Below, one piece after another: positions 49,461-61,577 of a DNA stretch of 64,000 nucleotides. Under the pieces are notes generated by a model. It was given only the letters and a program-made list of their open reading frames with translations, searched no databases and was not told the DNA's origin. The translations under genes and the position numbers were made by a program. Within the stretch, counting starts at the first letter, position 1; each line of letters starts with the position of its first letter. This DNA comes from Mustelus asterias (Eukaryota): NCBI RefSeq assembly GCF_964213995.1, contig NC_135823.1, forward strand, positions 682,001 to 746,000, read 5' to 3'.

Positions 49461-50629
49461 TCAGCCTTTACTGCAACGGAACTCATCTCCAAATTCCATA
49501 GCCTGGGCCTCAGCTCTCCCTCTGCGACTGGATCCTGAACTTTTTAGCCCACAGACCACAATCAGTAAGAATAGTCAACAACACTTCCTCGACGATCATC
49601 CTCAGCAACGGTGCCCCACAAGGCTGTCTTCTCAGCCCCCTACTATACTCCTTGTACACCTATGACTGTGTGGCCAAATTCCCCTCCAACTCGATTTTCA
49701 AGTTTACTGACGACAGCACCATAGTGGGTCGGATCTCAAACGATGACGAGACAGTCTACAGGAATGAAATAGATAATCTGGTGAACTGGTCCGACGACAA
49801 TAACCTCTCCCTGAATGTCTACTGAACGAAGGAGATTGTCATCGACTTCAGGAAGCGTAGTGGAGAATACGCCTCTCTCTGAATCAAAGGGGACGAATTA
49901 GAAATGGTCGAAAGCTTCACGTTTTCGGGTGCCAGATCACCAGCAGGCTTTCCTGGTCCCCACATGCTGACACTATAGTTAAGAAAGCCCACAAACGCCT
50001 CTCCTTTCTCAGAATGCGAAGGAAATTTGGCATGTCAGCCAGGACTCTCACCAAATTTTACAGGTAATCCATAGAAAGCATTCTTTCTGTTTGTATCACA
50101 GCTTGGTATGGCTCCTGCTCTGCCCAAGATCGCAGGAAACTACAAAAGGTGGTGAACGTAGCCCAATCCATCACGCAAACCAGACTTCCGTCCATTGACT
50201 CTGCCTACACTTCCCGCTGCCTCGGCAAAGCAGCCAGCATAATTAAGGACCCCACGCAGCCCGGACATTCTTTCTTCCATCTTCTTCCGTCGGTAAAAAA
50301 GGTACAAAAGTCTGTTGTCACGTGCCAACCGACTCCAGAACTGCTTCTTCCCTGCTGCCGCCAGACTTTTGAAGCTTGCATTAAGTTGATATTTCTCTAC
50401 ACCCTAGCTATGACAGCAACACTGCACTCCATAATCTGTCGTTTCCTTTTTGTGAATGGTATTATTTGTCTACGTAGAAACAATACTTTTCTCTGTATAC
50501 TAATATATGTGGCAATAATAAATGAAATCAAATTAAATCAAATCATATTGAGCCAATGGGAAAACTCTGAACTGGTTGGAGTCATACCTGGCACAAACAA
50601 AGATGGCTGATGCTGATTAGAAAAGAACT

Positions 50630-51688
50630 GCAGAACCATAGAAAAGTACAGCTCAGAAACAGGCCTTTTGGCCCTTCTTGTCTGTGCCGAACCATTTTTT
50701 GCCCAGTCCCACTGACCTGGACTTGGACCATAATCCCTCCACACCCCTCTCATCTATGAACCCGTCCAAGTTTTCTCAAATGTTAAAAGTGACCCCGCAT
50801 TCCACACTCAGCTCATTCCACACTCCCACCACTCTCTGCGTGTAGAAGCCTCCCCTAATATTCCCTTTAAACTTTTCTCCTTTCACCCTTAACCCATGCC
50901 CTCTGGTTTGTTTCTCCCCGAGCCTCAGCGGAAAACGCCTGCTTGCATTCACTCTATCTATACCCATCAAAATCTGATACACCTCTATCAAATCTCCCCT
51001 CAATCTTCTACGCTCCAGGGAATAAAGTCCCAACCTATTCAATCTCTCTCTGTAACTCAGCTTCTCAAGTCCCGGCAACATCCTTGTGAAAATTCTCTGC
51101 ACTCTTTCAACCTTATTTACATCCTTCCTGTAACTAGGTGACCAAAACTGTACACAATACTCCAAATTCGGCCTCACCAATGCCCTGTACAACCTTACCA
51201 TAACACTCCAACTTTTATACTCGATACTCCGATTTATAAAGGCCAATGTACCAAAGGCACTCTTTACGACCCGATCCACCTGTGACGTCACTTTTAGGGA
51301 ATTCTGTACCTGTATTCCCAGATCCCTCTGTTCAGCTGCACTCTTCAGAGTCCTACCATTTACCCTGTACGTTCGACTTTGGTTTGTCCTTACAATGTGC
51401 AATATCTCACACTTGTCTGCGTTAAATTCCATTTGCCATTTTTTAGCCCATTTTTCTAGTTGGCCCAAATCCCTCTGCAAGCTTTGAAAACCTTCTTCAC
51501 TGTCCACTACACCTCCAATCTTTGTATCATCAGCAAACTTGCTGATTCAATTTACCACATTATCATCCAGATCATTGATATAGATGACAAACAACAATGG
51601 ACCCAACACCAATCCCTGCGGCACACCACTAATCACAGGCCTCCACTCAGAGAAGGAATCCTCCACAACCACTCGCTGGCTTCTTCCA
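50630..51688 (-). mobile_element. CR1 LINE 3' fragment
   Basis: ORF 50776..51507 (WQMEFN, RPNLEYCVQFWSP, LERRRLRGDLIE). Confidence 0.9.
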
Positions 51689-51689
51689 T

Positions 51690-52213
51690 TGATGTGGAGA
51701 TGCCGGCGTTGGCTCCTCCGGAGCCTTCAACATGTCATTGATGAAGACGAACATCTCGCCAAGGCCATCCCCACACCCCCACTTCTTGTCTTCAAACAAC
51801 CACGCAACCTCAAGCAGACCATTGTCCGCAGCAAACTACCCAGCCTTCAGGAGATCAGTGACCACGACACCACACAACACTGCCACAGCAACCTCTGCAA
51901 GACGTGCCGGATCATCTCACGTGAGAACACCATCTACCAGGTAGGTACCAACTCTTGCAACTCGGCCAACATTGTCTACCTGATACGCTGCAGGAAAGGA
52001 TGTCCCGAGTCATGGTACATTGGGGAAACCATGCAGTCGCTATGACAACGGATGAATGAACACCGCTCGACTACCACCAGGCAAGACTGTTCTCTGCCTG
52101 TGGGGGAGCACTTCAGCAGCTACGGGCATTCAGCCTTGGATCTTCAGGTAAGCGTTCCCCAAGGCAGCCTTCACGACACACGACAGCGCAGAGTCGCTGA
52201 GCAGAAACTGATA
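51690..52213 (+). mobile_element. Penelope-like element fragment encoding GIY-YIG endonuclease
   Basis: KQPRNLKQTIVRSKL, C..C zinc motif, NIVYLIRC...WYIGETMQSL*QRMNEH, PVGEHF. Starts with an inverted copy of the element end (tgatgtggagatgccggcgttgg). Confidence 0.85.
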
Positions 52214-52399
52214 GGAATTTGAAGGAAAAGCCTTCTGAGGAGAAGCCAGCTTAACAAATATATAGTATAAGCGGTGGTACGGAGGGATCTGATCACCCCT
52301 TACAGGTATCACCGGACTCCGATAAGAGCGACCTAGGAGGGGGAGACCGAGAAAGGAGAATAGAAGACTCTAGGTGGTGAGTATACCCTTATCAGTGTT

Positions 52400-53705
52400 A
52401 TAGCGGGACAAGGACAGTTGGGACCCCCTGGGTCCCTAATAAACGAATATATGATTAAGAGGGACAAACTCATGAAACAGATGATAAAAGGGGAATGGGA
52501 TTTAGACTACCCACTGGACCAACAACGAAAATGGTTGGAAAAGGAAAGGAAAAACAGAACTAAGAAAGTTGGAGTTCTCTTTGTTCACCAATTGGCTGGA
52601 TTAATTGAACACGTTTCAGTCTCGGGTAAGAAATGGGCTATGACAAAGAAAAAATTCAAATTTTGGAAGCACGCAATAGAGAATTAGAAAAGAGAAACCA
52701 ACTTTTAGGGGACCCCGGCTGGGGACCCTTGCCTCCCTATGGGCTGGCCGTACAATCCACAGCACCAGTGGGAGACCCCGGTGAGGAAGAGGTCCATGAT
52801 CTCGCTCCCATACCTCGGGCCGGGACATTGCAGAATCCCACTGCACGATACCAACCTTTTACCCCAGGAAAAAGACAGCAAGTTCTAACATCCTGGGAAA
52901 GCTCCAGCCCCGGATCAACAATAGCAAATTTTGGGCAGAACTGGACACCCTTTGGGTTGGACACCAGTTACATTTGGGGGATGTACACCAGTTGGTACGG
53001 GCTGCTAGCCCCCAGGATAAGTGGAGACTAATGGGTGATGGGACAGGTCAAGCTGACGCCGAATGACCTAGGTTCGATTACCGAGGCGGGAGGTGGACGT
53101 AAGCGACAGCGACAAACGCCGAGATCGAGGAAATGATTGAACCATTTAATCGGTTTAAGGCGGAACTCCAACGGGCCTTGGACAACGCACCAACCAATTG
53201 GTCTATAATCGCCAATATTAAACAGCATAGGAGTGAGGGAGCCTCCGAATTTGGGGAGCAACTCTTTAGACGATACCAAGAATGTTCGGGCATACCCAAA
53301 GCTGCCCGAAAAGATAGAGACTTTTTACAAGCATTTAAAGATGGGCTGTCGTCAGCTCACCACAAAATCCTTAAAATGGGAGTTCTCAATAACCAGACTT
53401 ATGATAAATTAGTTGAATGGGCATCTGGAATTAGAGATGGACCAGATGAGCAATCATACCCACGAATAAAACAGGAATTTTTTTTTGCAAACAATGGAGA
53501 AGCTAAACCAAGGGGTGCGTGCCATAATTGGGAGAAACTGGGTCACTTCATCAAAAGCTGTTGAGCTCCAAAGAGGGGTAGTGGGAAGGCTCCGACCTGT
53601 CTGTTTTGCAATAAGGTTGGTCACACTGAGGCCACCCGTTGGAGCAAGCACGGCAGACCGAGGCAACTTCCCCTTCCACCTTCCCCCGTGGAGGAAGGGA
53701 ACTGA
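52400..53705 (+). pseudogene. gag: ERV gag (disrupted) with two CCHC zinc knuckles
   Basis: Probable ATG>ATA start at 52400. Capsid-like segment IKQHRSEGASEFGEQL...FLQAFKDGL. Knuckles CHNWEKLGHFIKSC and CLFCNKVGHTEATR, each with one mutated ligand. Ends at TGA 53703-53705. Confidence 0.85.
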
Positions 53706-56700
53706 CGGGAGGCAGCCCCCGCAAGCCTGGGTAGAAAGGACGGTAGAATCTTCGTGTCTGCACTAGTAGGGGGCAGACCATGCGAAATGCTGGTGGTCAC
53801 GGGAGCCTCCATGTCCATCACTGACCTACCCTTGCCCACCACGAATAAAATGATTGATATAAGGGGTGTGAAGGGAAAGAAGACCCCTGCCTACTGAAGT
53901 GCAACCACCCTCGTAGAAATTAACAACTTGTATATACCTAAGCGATTTTATGTATGTAAAAATAATGAAGGAGCCTTTATGGGAAATGACCTGATGAAGG
54001 AATACGAAGTCTTAATACATTGCGGGAAAGGCGTATTGATTTGGCCCCGCCCCGGTGGGAGAAAAGACAGTGTAGGAACATATGTAAACCATTTAGGAAC
54101 CATCCATGCAGCATCTGCAACTGGACGCAACTGGCGGTGAGAAGGTAATGGATTTGGCGCCATCTGCGCCTCTATCCCCGAGGTATGGGCAGAAACGAAA
54201 CTCGATACTGGATTAGTTAAAATTCCCCCTACAATAGTGGAAGGACCAGAACATCACCCACATCGACAATACCCGATTAAGCCCAAGGCCAAAAAGGCAG
54301 TCGAAGAAATTGTAAAGGGATTGGTAAAAAGGGGGATCCTACGGGAGACCACTAGTACCACCAACTCCCCCACCTGGCCGGTGCCTAAACCGGACGGGAG
54401 TTATAGATTAACCATTGAATATGCCGCTTTAAATGAAGTGACCCCCAAGCTACACCCTATCGTAGCTAGCCCCTCCACCATTTTAAACGGGTTGTCACCA
54501 TCCCATGGAATCTTTACGGTATTAGACATAGCCAATGGATTTTGGTTCATTCCCCTGGAACTTAATTCACAGGATAAATATGCATTTACCGTAGGCGATA
54601 AACAGTACACATGGACTGGGCTCCCACAAGGCTTCCAGAACAGCCCGGCTATATTTCACCGGGTAATGATTAAGATATTAGCACAAGTCGAGGTCCCACG
54701 GGGTAGCACAATTCTGCAGAATGTAGATGACATCTTAATAGCCTCCGAAACTAGAGCAGATCACCAGACGGCACTATACTCAGTCCTGAAACACTTAGAA
54801 GAACAGGGACTAAAGGCGAGCCCCAGGAAGGCCCAAATAGGGAAAACGAAGGTTTTATATTTGTGACACCTGATATCCCAGGGGACCAAAGAAATGCCTT
54901 TGGAAAGGAAAACAGGCATATAGCAACTGCCAAGACCAGTAACCGTCCGAGGGGTAAGAAAGGTTTTGGGGTGATTTAATTACAACCGCAACTTTATACT
55001 GGAATTCGCAAGGATAGCCGAACCAATACAAAGGCGAGTTAAAGGGGAGAAGCCCGCTCTAGAAGTTATAGAATGGGGATCAGAACAGAAAAGGGCATAT
55101 AGTAAACTAAAAGTAGAACTAATGAAGGCTCCAGAACTTGGACTGCCTGACGCTCGTAAAGATTTTCATATCTATTGTAATAACGAAGGGGGGTTTTATT
55201 CGGCAGTAGTCACACAGGTCCATGGGGACAAGCAGCGACCCGTGGGTTATTATTCCACAGCGGAGGGCCCCGTAGTAGCCGGATTACCCAGATGCATAGC
55301 TACACTGGATTGCGAGGCATGGGCAATAAATGTCAGTGAGCCCATCATAATGACGGGGAATATTGTTTTACACACCAAACATACCTTGGTGGAAATATTG
55401 AACACAGGAAAATTGCGGCCTGTCTCAAATATGAGAAGGGCGAATTGGGAGGCAGTGCTTCTCCCACCCACTAAGTCCATCACGACTGTACGAGACATGG
55501 GAATGAACCCCGCAGAAGGAATGCTAGGTGAAGGGTCCCCCCACTCATGTGGGGACGGAGACGAAGAGGTAGAGGAGAGGAGAATAAACGATGAGCCCCT
55601 GGAAGTACCAGATTTGGTCCTGTTTGTGGATGGATCACGGAAATATTTAGAAGGGTCACCACGACAGGATGGGCGGTCGTAAATGCGGATGTAAAAATTG
55701 TTCAAACAGGAAGGATAGAGGGAAGCATGTCACTGCAAGTGGCGGAACTTCACTCAGGCTTTTACCGAGGCGGCGGGGAAAAGGGTCAACATTCACACCG
55801 ATAGCAGATATGCGTTCGGAATTGTACACGACTATATGACCGTTTGCGGGAGAAGCGGATTCGTCACTACGGGAGGCACTCCAATGAAACATGGCCAAAT
55901 AATAACAACTTTATTGAAAGCCAGCGAGCTCCCACCGGAAGCAGCGGTATTGAATGTAAAGGCACATCAAAGTGAACCAGACAAACAAAGTCCTGAGTGG
56001 CATATCTTTAAGGGAAACCAGGCAGCCGACAAAGCGCACAATCCGCTTTGGAAACGGGGGAGGTGCAGGCCTTGCCGGCCGTCTCGGCTAAAACCGAATC
56101 CCCGATAGACATCTCACAGCTGCATGCTGACACCCCTGACGAAGAACGTGTGAGGTGGAAAGCTCAAGGAGCTACACCTGATGGAAGGGGTGTATGGAGA
56201 TTAAATGATAAAGTTCTAGCCCCAGAATGTATCCAGCATACTTTGATGCAGTTACATCATGGGCAGTCGCATGTGGGAAGGGATGCCTTGCTGACCAGTA
56301 TAGGGAAGGAATGGTGGTGGAAAGGAATGGGACGGGACATTGCCCGATATTGTCACCGGTGCATAACCTGTGCACATTATAACCCTGGAAGACCCGTAAA
56401 AATCGAGATGGGGCATCAGCCTCGCCCCAAGTGTCCCTGGGAACACCTGCAAATTGACTTTTCAGGACCTCTTCCTCAGTCACACGGGAGAACCTACTGC
56501 TTGGTAATAATTGATCAATTCACCAGATGGGAAAAAGCATTCCCGACGAAAAATTGTTCTGCCACTACAGTGGCTAGAAGTTTACCTGAGGAAGTTATCC
56601 CAAGGTGGGCGGGGGGGGGGGGGGGGGGTGCGGTGCCTTTGCAAATAGACTCCGATCAATGCACACACTTTACGGAGAAGGGAGTAAAGACCATTTGTCA

Positions 56701-57304
56701 ACTGCTGGGGATAAAACAGAAATTTCACATACCCTACCACTCTCAAAGCTCAGGAATGGTGGAACGTATGAATAGGACACTTAAGACTTCCAAATCGAAG
56801 GCCATGCAGGAATCAGGAAAGAGATAGACAGAAGTATTACCCGCCATATTAATGAAACTCAGGGCCACCACAAATAGGACCATTGGGCTGACACTATATG
56901 AACTAATGACCGGAAGGGCTGTGCAGTTGCCCGAGTCCATCATTACTAGAGGGGCAGATGTCGGCCCATTACGGGACAGGATTAGATGATATGTGTTAGA
57001 GTTAAGCTCCCAATTAAAAGATATGCGGAAAATAGTACGGGACAAACAAATAGTGGTAGATGAGCACAATAAACTGGAACAGACCCCGGAGGTACCCCCG
57101 GTGGGCAGCAAGGTTATGGTAAAAACACTACCCGGAAAACGTGGATTTGCCCCCAAATGAAATGGCCCTTATGAGGTCATTATCAGTGGAGACAATTGTG
57201 CCAGCATATATATGCAAGGTCGGGGTGTCTGGAAGCATTGGACTCAGTTAAAAGAATACACTAATTACCGCAACAATACAGTTAAAAGGGGAGTGAAGGG
57301 TTAA
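53706..57304 (+). pseudogene. pol: ERV pro-pol (protease, RT, RNase H, integrase), disrupted
   Basis: MLVVTGAS (DTGA mutated); RT motifs QYPI, NSPTWPVPKPDGSYRL, LDIANGF, LPQGFQNSP, QNVDDILIA (YVDD mutated); RNase H LFVDGS and HTDSRYAF; integrase HHCC, WEHLQIDF, SDQCTHF, SSGMVERMNRTLK; C-terminal GPY motif. Confidence 0.92.
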
Positions 57305-58326
57305 AAGAAAACAAACAGGTTGTAAGTTTTTTTCTCTCTCTCTCGAGAGATGTAATTGCGATCGAGAGCATCATGTGGTGGAATAGGGTATAGCAGAACA
57401 ATGCGAGTTTAGTAAATTATTTTCCCCAGTAAAGTTTACGATAGGGGCATCGGACTGAGATTTGAGGGATGTAAGAAAAGTAGCATCACATTACATCTGA
57501 AAGGTTGTAAGGAGAGTTAACCAAAGGCACACAGTAGATTCGACCTTGTATCTGCCTGTGTTGGTTACAACCCTGGCATGTGACCTTAATGGGGAAAGCG
57601 ATGTCTTTTTATAGAATTAGCGAGCTGCAGCCAGTGCAAAGTGTTGTTTGATTCGCACCAAGCCAACTGAAGGGTCTGTTTATTTCTTCAGAATAAACTC
57701 GACTGATCTAAAGTAAATATGCCATTCTTTAAGCATTGTTTTCGAAATAACGGTTATTTTAGAGAAAGGAGGGAGAGGGAGAGAGAGCAGCCAAAAACCA
57801 GCGCTGAGATTGAACAATTCGAGACATAGCCTGGATCGAACTAACTGAACATCGATCTGTTTCTACAGCATAATTAAATAATTAGATATTATTATGACAT
57901 ACAAGCAGTCTCCAGCTACATCAACAATTTGCTTTTGTGGCCATGAGAAAGTTTGTTTACCTGACGTTGTACTATCAGAGAATGCAGCTAAGTTTCTAGG
58001 TTGGACACCGAATTCCAAGCTGATGTGGCCAAATTAGCTTAATTTAACTTAAAGCATAGCACAATTAATTACATTGGGCAAAAATACTTTGAATGAAATC
58101 TTTGCACTGGCGAAAGCCATACAGACATCGGGAAAGGTATATGGAAATATTGAAAAATATATGCTGGAATTAATTGGAAAAATATGTGATAAACTCCAAT
58201 TGTCGATATAAACAAACAACGACTGACCTCCAAGCAAGCTGAACGGGTTCGCGGAATGTTGCGCGTGGGCGATATAGCCTTTGGTTCATTGTATAACGGT
58301 CGCGCAGGATATTAGTAAGTGAACAG

Positions 58327-59687
58327 ATGCTTCTCATGCTGATACTCACGGCCCTCGCCCTGTTAGCCACAGCGGGAATGTATAAATTGAATTATAAGGA
58401 GTTAGGGATGAAGCACAGTGATCATCTTTGCAACGATGACTCTGTCTATTGTATGAACACCTTTGTGTATATGTCTTATCTGTATGCATCACAATCGAAT
58501 CTGAGCAAGTGCTGGGTCTGTTCACACATTCCGATGCACGGAGGAAAGGGAGGAATTCCTTTATTCCCTGTCCCTTTTTCAGCTATTCTAACAATAGAAT
58601 GGGTTTTAAATCAGAATGGATCCCAGGGAGGAACAAGGAAACTGCCATTTAAAACCCAATCGGATACCACTATGCAGGGTATCAGCAACAGTGAGGTTGT
58701 CTCAAGATTAGGGGGCGGAGGGTGCACTTTATCGACCTTTAAGAAACATTACCAACCCAACTATGACAGATCAGATTCCCCACCCTACTTCATTGTGAAA
58801 AATCAACAAAGGGGAGCTATCTGCCTGACAAGAAATGGAACCATACCTGTTGGCCGTAGCAACTGTACACAGCAGATTGATATCACTGATGATGCTGAGG
58901 CCATGATAGAGGTCACAATCCAGTGCCCCATCGCCACTGTCCCGGTTAGCCTCTCCTCCGCTTATATAAGCGCGATGACTGCATATAACAGTATCTATTT
59001 TGTCTGTGGAAACAATGCCTATGCGTGGCTTCCCTGGAATTGGATAGGATCGTGGTATTTGGCATATGTGGTGCCTTATATTCACCATTACACTGACTTA
59101 CGGGACCACCCCGCGATACACCTGCATAGGGCTAAGCCAGCCATTAGTGAGACACAACGGTTCTTTATGATAGCCTACCCATTTTTTGGGACGGCAAAGG
59201 CAGCACAGGAACTGATGCAGATGGCCTCAACCCGAGAAAAATTGCAAATGAGACTAAAAATGTGTTCGAGGAGGTGAGCACGGGGCCGTCTCTGAAATAT
59301 CAGCAGAGGTCGTAGCTATTCGGATTGTGGCGTTACAGAACCGATTAGCACTCGATTATGTGCGACCCTCCCAAGGAGGAACATGTGCCAAAGTTGGCTC
59401 CGAATGCTGTACGTATATTCCCGATGCTTCATATTAAACACGTGGCGAAAACAATGCAGGATGGAGAGAACCAATATCACGATTATAACCCTCCGGGCTG
59501 GCTGGGGCAATGGTTTGGGTTGTGGGGTGCATACGTGATGCATGGGTTGATTGTATTAATTGCAATCGTAATTACTTGCTGTGTTTGTATGGCATTATTG
59601 AACACCTGTCGCAAAACAGTAACAGCGCAAATGATGACGGTCGCAAGTGTACAGGCGGAGGGACAGACCTCCCGACGAAGAAGCTAG
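58327..59687 (+). pseudogene. env: ERV env, gamma-type, frameshifted in TM subunit
   Basis: Signal peptide MLLMLILTALALLATAG; SU CWVC motif; furin site degraded to RAKP. In a shifted frame (about 59320-59425): immunosuppressive domain VALQNRLALDY and CX6CC (CAKVGSECC). Membrane anchor GLIVLIAIVITCCVCMALL. Confidence 0.9.
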
Positions 59688-59769
59688 GCCCATTCCCCGA
59701 TAACATGTGGTTCTCAGTTGGTCATAGGTGCCATGTTTGGACCTGGCATCCGACCAAAAGGGGGGGAAA

Positions 59770-60448
59770 TGAAGACGGGAATGGGTTAATGAACTTTGTA
59801 ACGCTTAATCATTTAGGCTCACCTTTGTAATACTTAAGAGATTCGTGAGGGGTACTGTAGAATTCATTGTTTTCGTTAAAATTCATTGTTTTCGTGCATC
59901 AAGACCAGGTAAGAGGAACAAATAGCTTATGGTATTCAAGAATGCAGCAAACTCACCTCAAATAAGCTAAGCTAGACACCATTTTTGTACCTTTGTTTAA
60001 CACGATGGAATTGACATGCGTGCCTTCTGTGATCGTATAACCATAGATTCATATATATTCATCGTATGTTATTCATCTTACACTGATATGAAGTATTATC
60101 AAAACTCCTATCCCTTGTATGTATATCAGTTAACTTGTTTGTGCAAAACCTGTGATGTTGTTTCAAGGCTATAAAGGACGAACGATCATGGCCTTGGAGA
60201 TTGAACAAACTACGCAGAGGAAGAAACTGCCGATGCAACAAAAATCTCACTGTGAACAATGACAGACATCTTAGAAAATTGCAATGTAATAGGGGCAGGA
60301 ACCGGGATGTATAAAACTCTGTTCTTACTTGTGTTCGAGGAGAAGGCTGGGCGTCCACTGTTCGGAACCTCACTTCTCCCACAATTGTGAAAATAAACCT
60401 GCACTTTGATACTTTAATAGGGTCAGAGGTTTTTCGTTACCTATAACA
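59770..60448 (+). mobile_element. ERV 3' LTR
   Basis: Begins TG directly after the PPT. U3 direct repeat aattcattgttttcgt occurs twice. TATAAAA at 60310, AATAAA at 60392. The end at ...ATAACA is inferred because there is no 5' LTR to compare. Confidence 0.75.
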
Positions 60449-61026
60449 TTTTAGCGAAATGCTTTCTTTGAGTGAGGTGCTGCATTAAATTCTGTGTTGG
60501 AATAATTTTCTTTCGATTTGCCTGGTTCCAGATATTCGATTTGTTGAATTTTGCAATATATGATCACCCATGTCCCACTTAGTGAATGTCCACATTTAAA
60601 GAGACTGCTACATCGAAGAGTGCAGCGGTAGAACCCTGAGGGAAAGATATGGTAACAATTGGATCTCAGTTAAGGTATTTTCATAGTCGAGTTACAGATA
60701 TCATTGAAATATCCTGAGATCGCGCGATGGGGCTGATGGTGTCTGAGGGGACAGAAAATGTCCTGTTATTATCGGTTGATCAAAATGACCAACGCAGTCC
60801 AGTCTTTGGAAAGTGGTCATTCACTCTGCAAACATCCATTTTCTCTCTATGACTTCCATTTGAAATCTGTTTGTTCATTTTCTTCAGACAAATAAAACGA
60901 TATTGCAACATCACTATCGCTATTCCACGGGGTATCAACTGAATGTTTTAGTAACATCTGACGTCAGTGTTTAAAACAGAGACTCTGTCAGCCGCACAAA
61001 GAGACACAGTCTTGTCACTCAAAACA

Positions 61027-61090
61027 ATGGAACCAGTTCGAATGGCTGAGAAAATATTCGACCCAATGCTTGCAGTTATTGCTGTACCCG
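61027..61090 (+). CDS. Probable first coding exon of a GPR139/GPR142-like class A GPCR (remainder not found in window)
   Basis: MEPVRMAEKIFDPMLAVIAVP-G|gtaagt with a perfect phase-1 donor. It resembles, from recall, the short exon 1 (..EKIYYPILAVIGVP|) of the GPR139-like genes expanded in cartilaginous fishes. Upstream are a perfect CRE TGACGTCA (60959) and TTTAAAA (60970). Confidence 0.5.
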
Positions 61091-61577
61091 GTAAGTGACT
61101 ATAACCAGTGAATTTGTGGAAATATCTGTGTGAACGGCTCTCTAATTTTAAACTGCGAGTGGAAGTGTTCCATGCTGATTTCGCAGTCACCTAATCCACG
61201 GCACCATTCACTGAACACAAATGTCTTGAAATATCTGTGTAGTTTCCATCCCTTCCTTCAACTGAAAATCAATCTCTTTATGTAACTCACGGGCTCTCTG
61301 GTCAGTGAAGTTATTGTATTTATTTGAATCTTGTATATTGTTAGAATAGACCTCAGTGAAGGCAATGTCTTCAAGGCAATGGAGGGTTTTAGTGTGAATT
61401 AGAATAAAGTCATACCGAGAGTGGATCAACAACACTCAGTATGAGTGCAATATCCCACTCCAATTCCACTCCAGTGGAATATCTGACGCATTGAAATATT
61501 GTATTGAATGCGATTCTCTTACCACAGTGAAATATCTGATGCAAGTATCCATCTACTACTCGGAGTGTCTGTGGTAT

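Larger units (their letters stand above)
47116..50525 (+). mobile_element. Rex1/Babar-type LINE, interrupted by CR1 and internally inverted
   Basis: Same motifs and same 5' truncation point as the 36765-38310 copy; tail aataataaatgaaatcaaa. Confidence 0.82.
52214..60448 (+). mobile_element. Decayed endogenous retrovirus (class I / epsilon-gamma-like), 5' LTR and PBS missing
   Basis: Order gag-pro-RT-tether-RNaseH-IN-env, polypurine tract AAAAGGGGGGGAAA at 59756-59769, then an LTR. Many stops and frameshifts. Confidence 0.93.

Noticed and set aside
58327-59687. Domesticated syncytin-like env
   Set aside because: The furin site is mutated (RAKP) and the TM subunit is frameshifted. The open 316-aa SU portion alone is not evidence of selection.
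61027-61090. TCR V leader exon (CRE upstream resembles V-beta promoters)
   Set aside because: The peptide is too polar for a signal sequence and no V exon follows.
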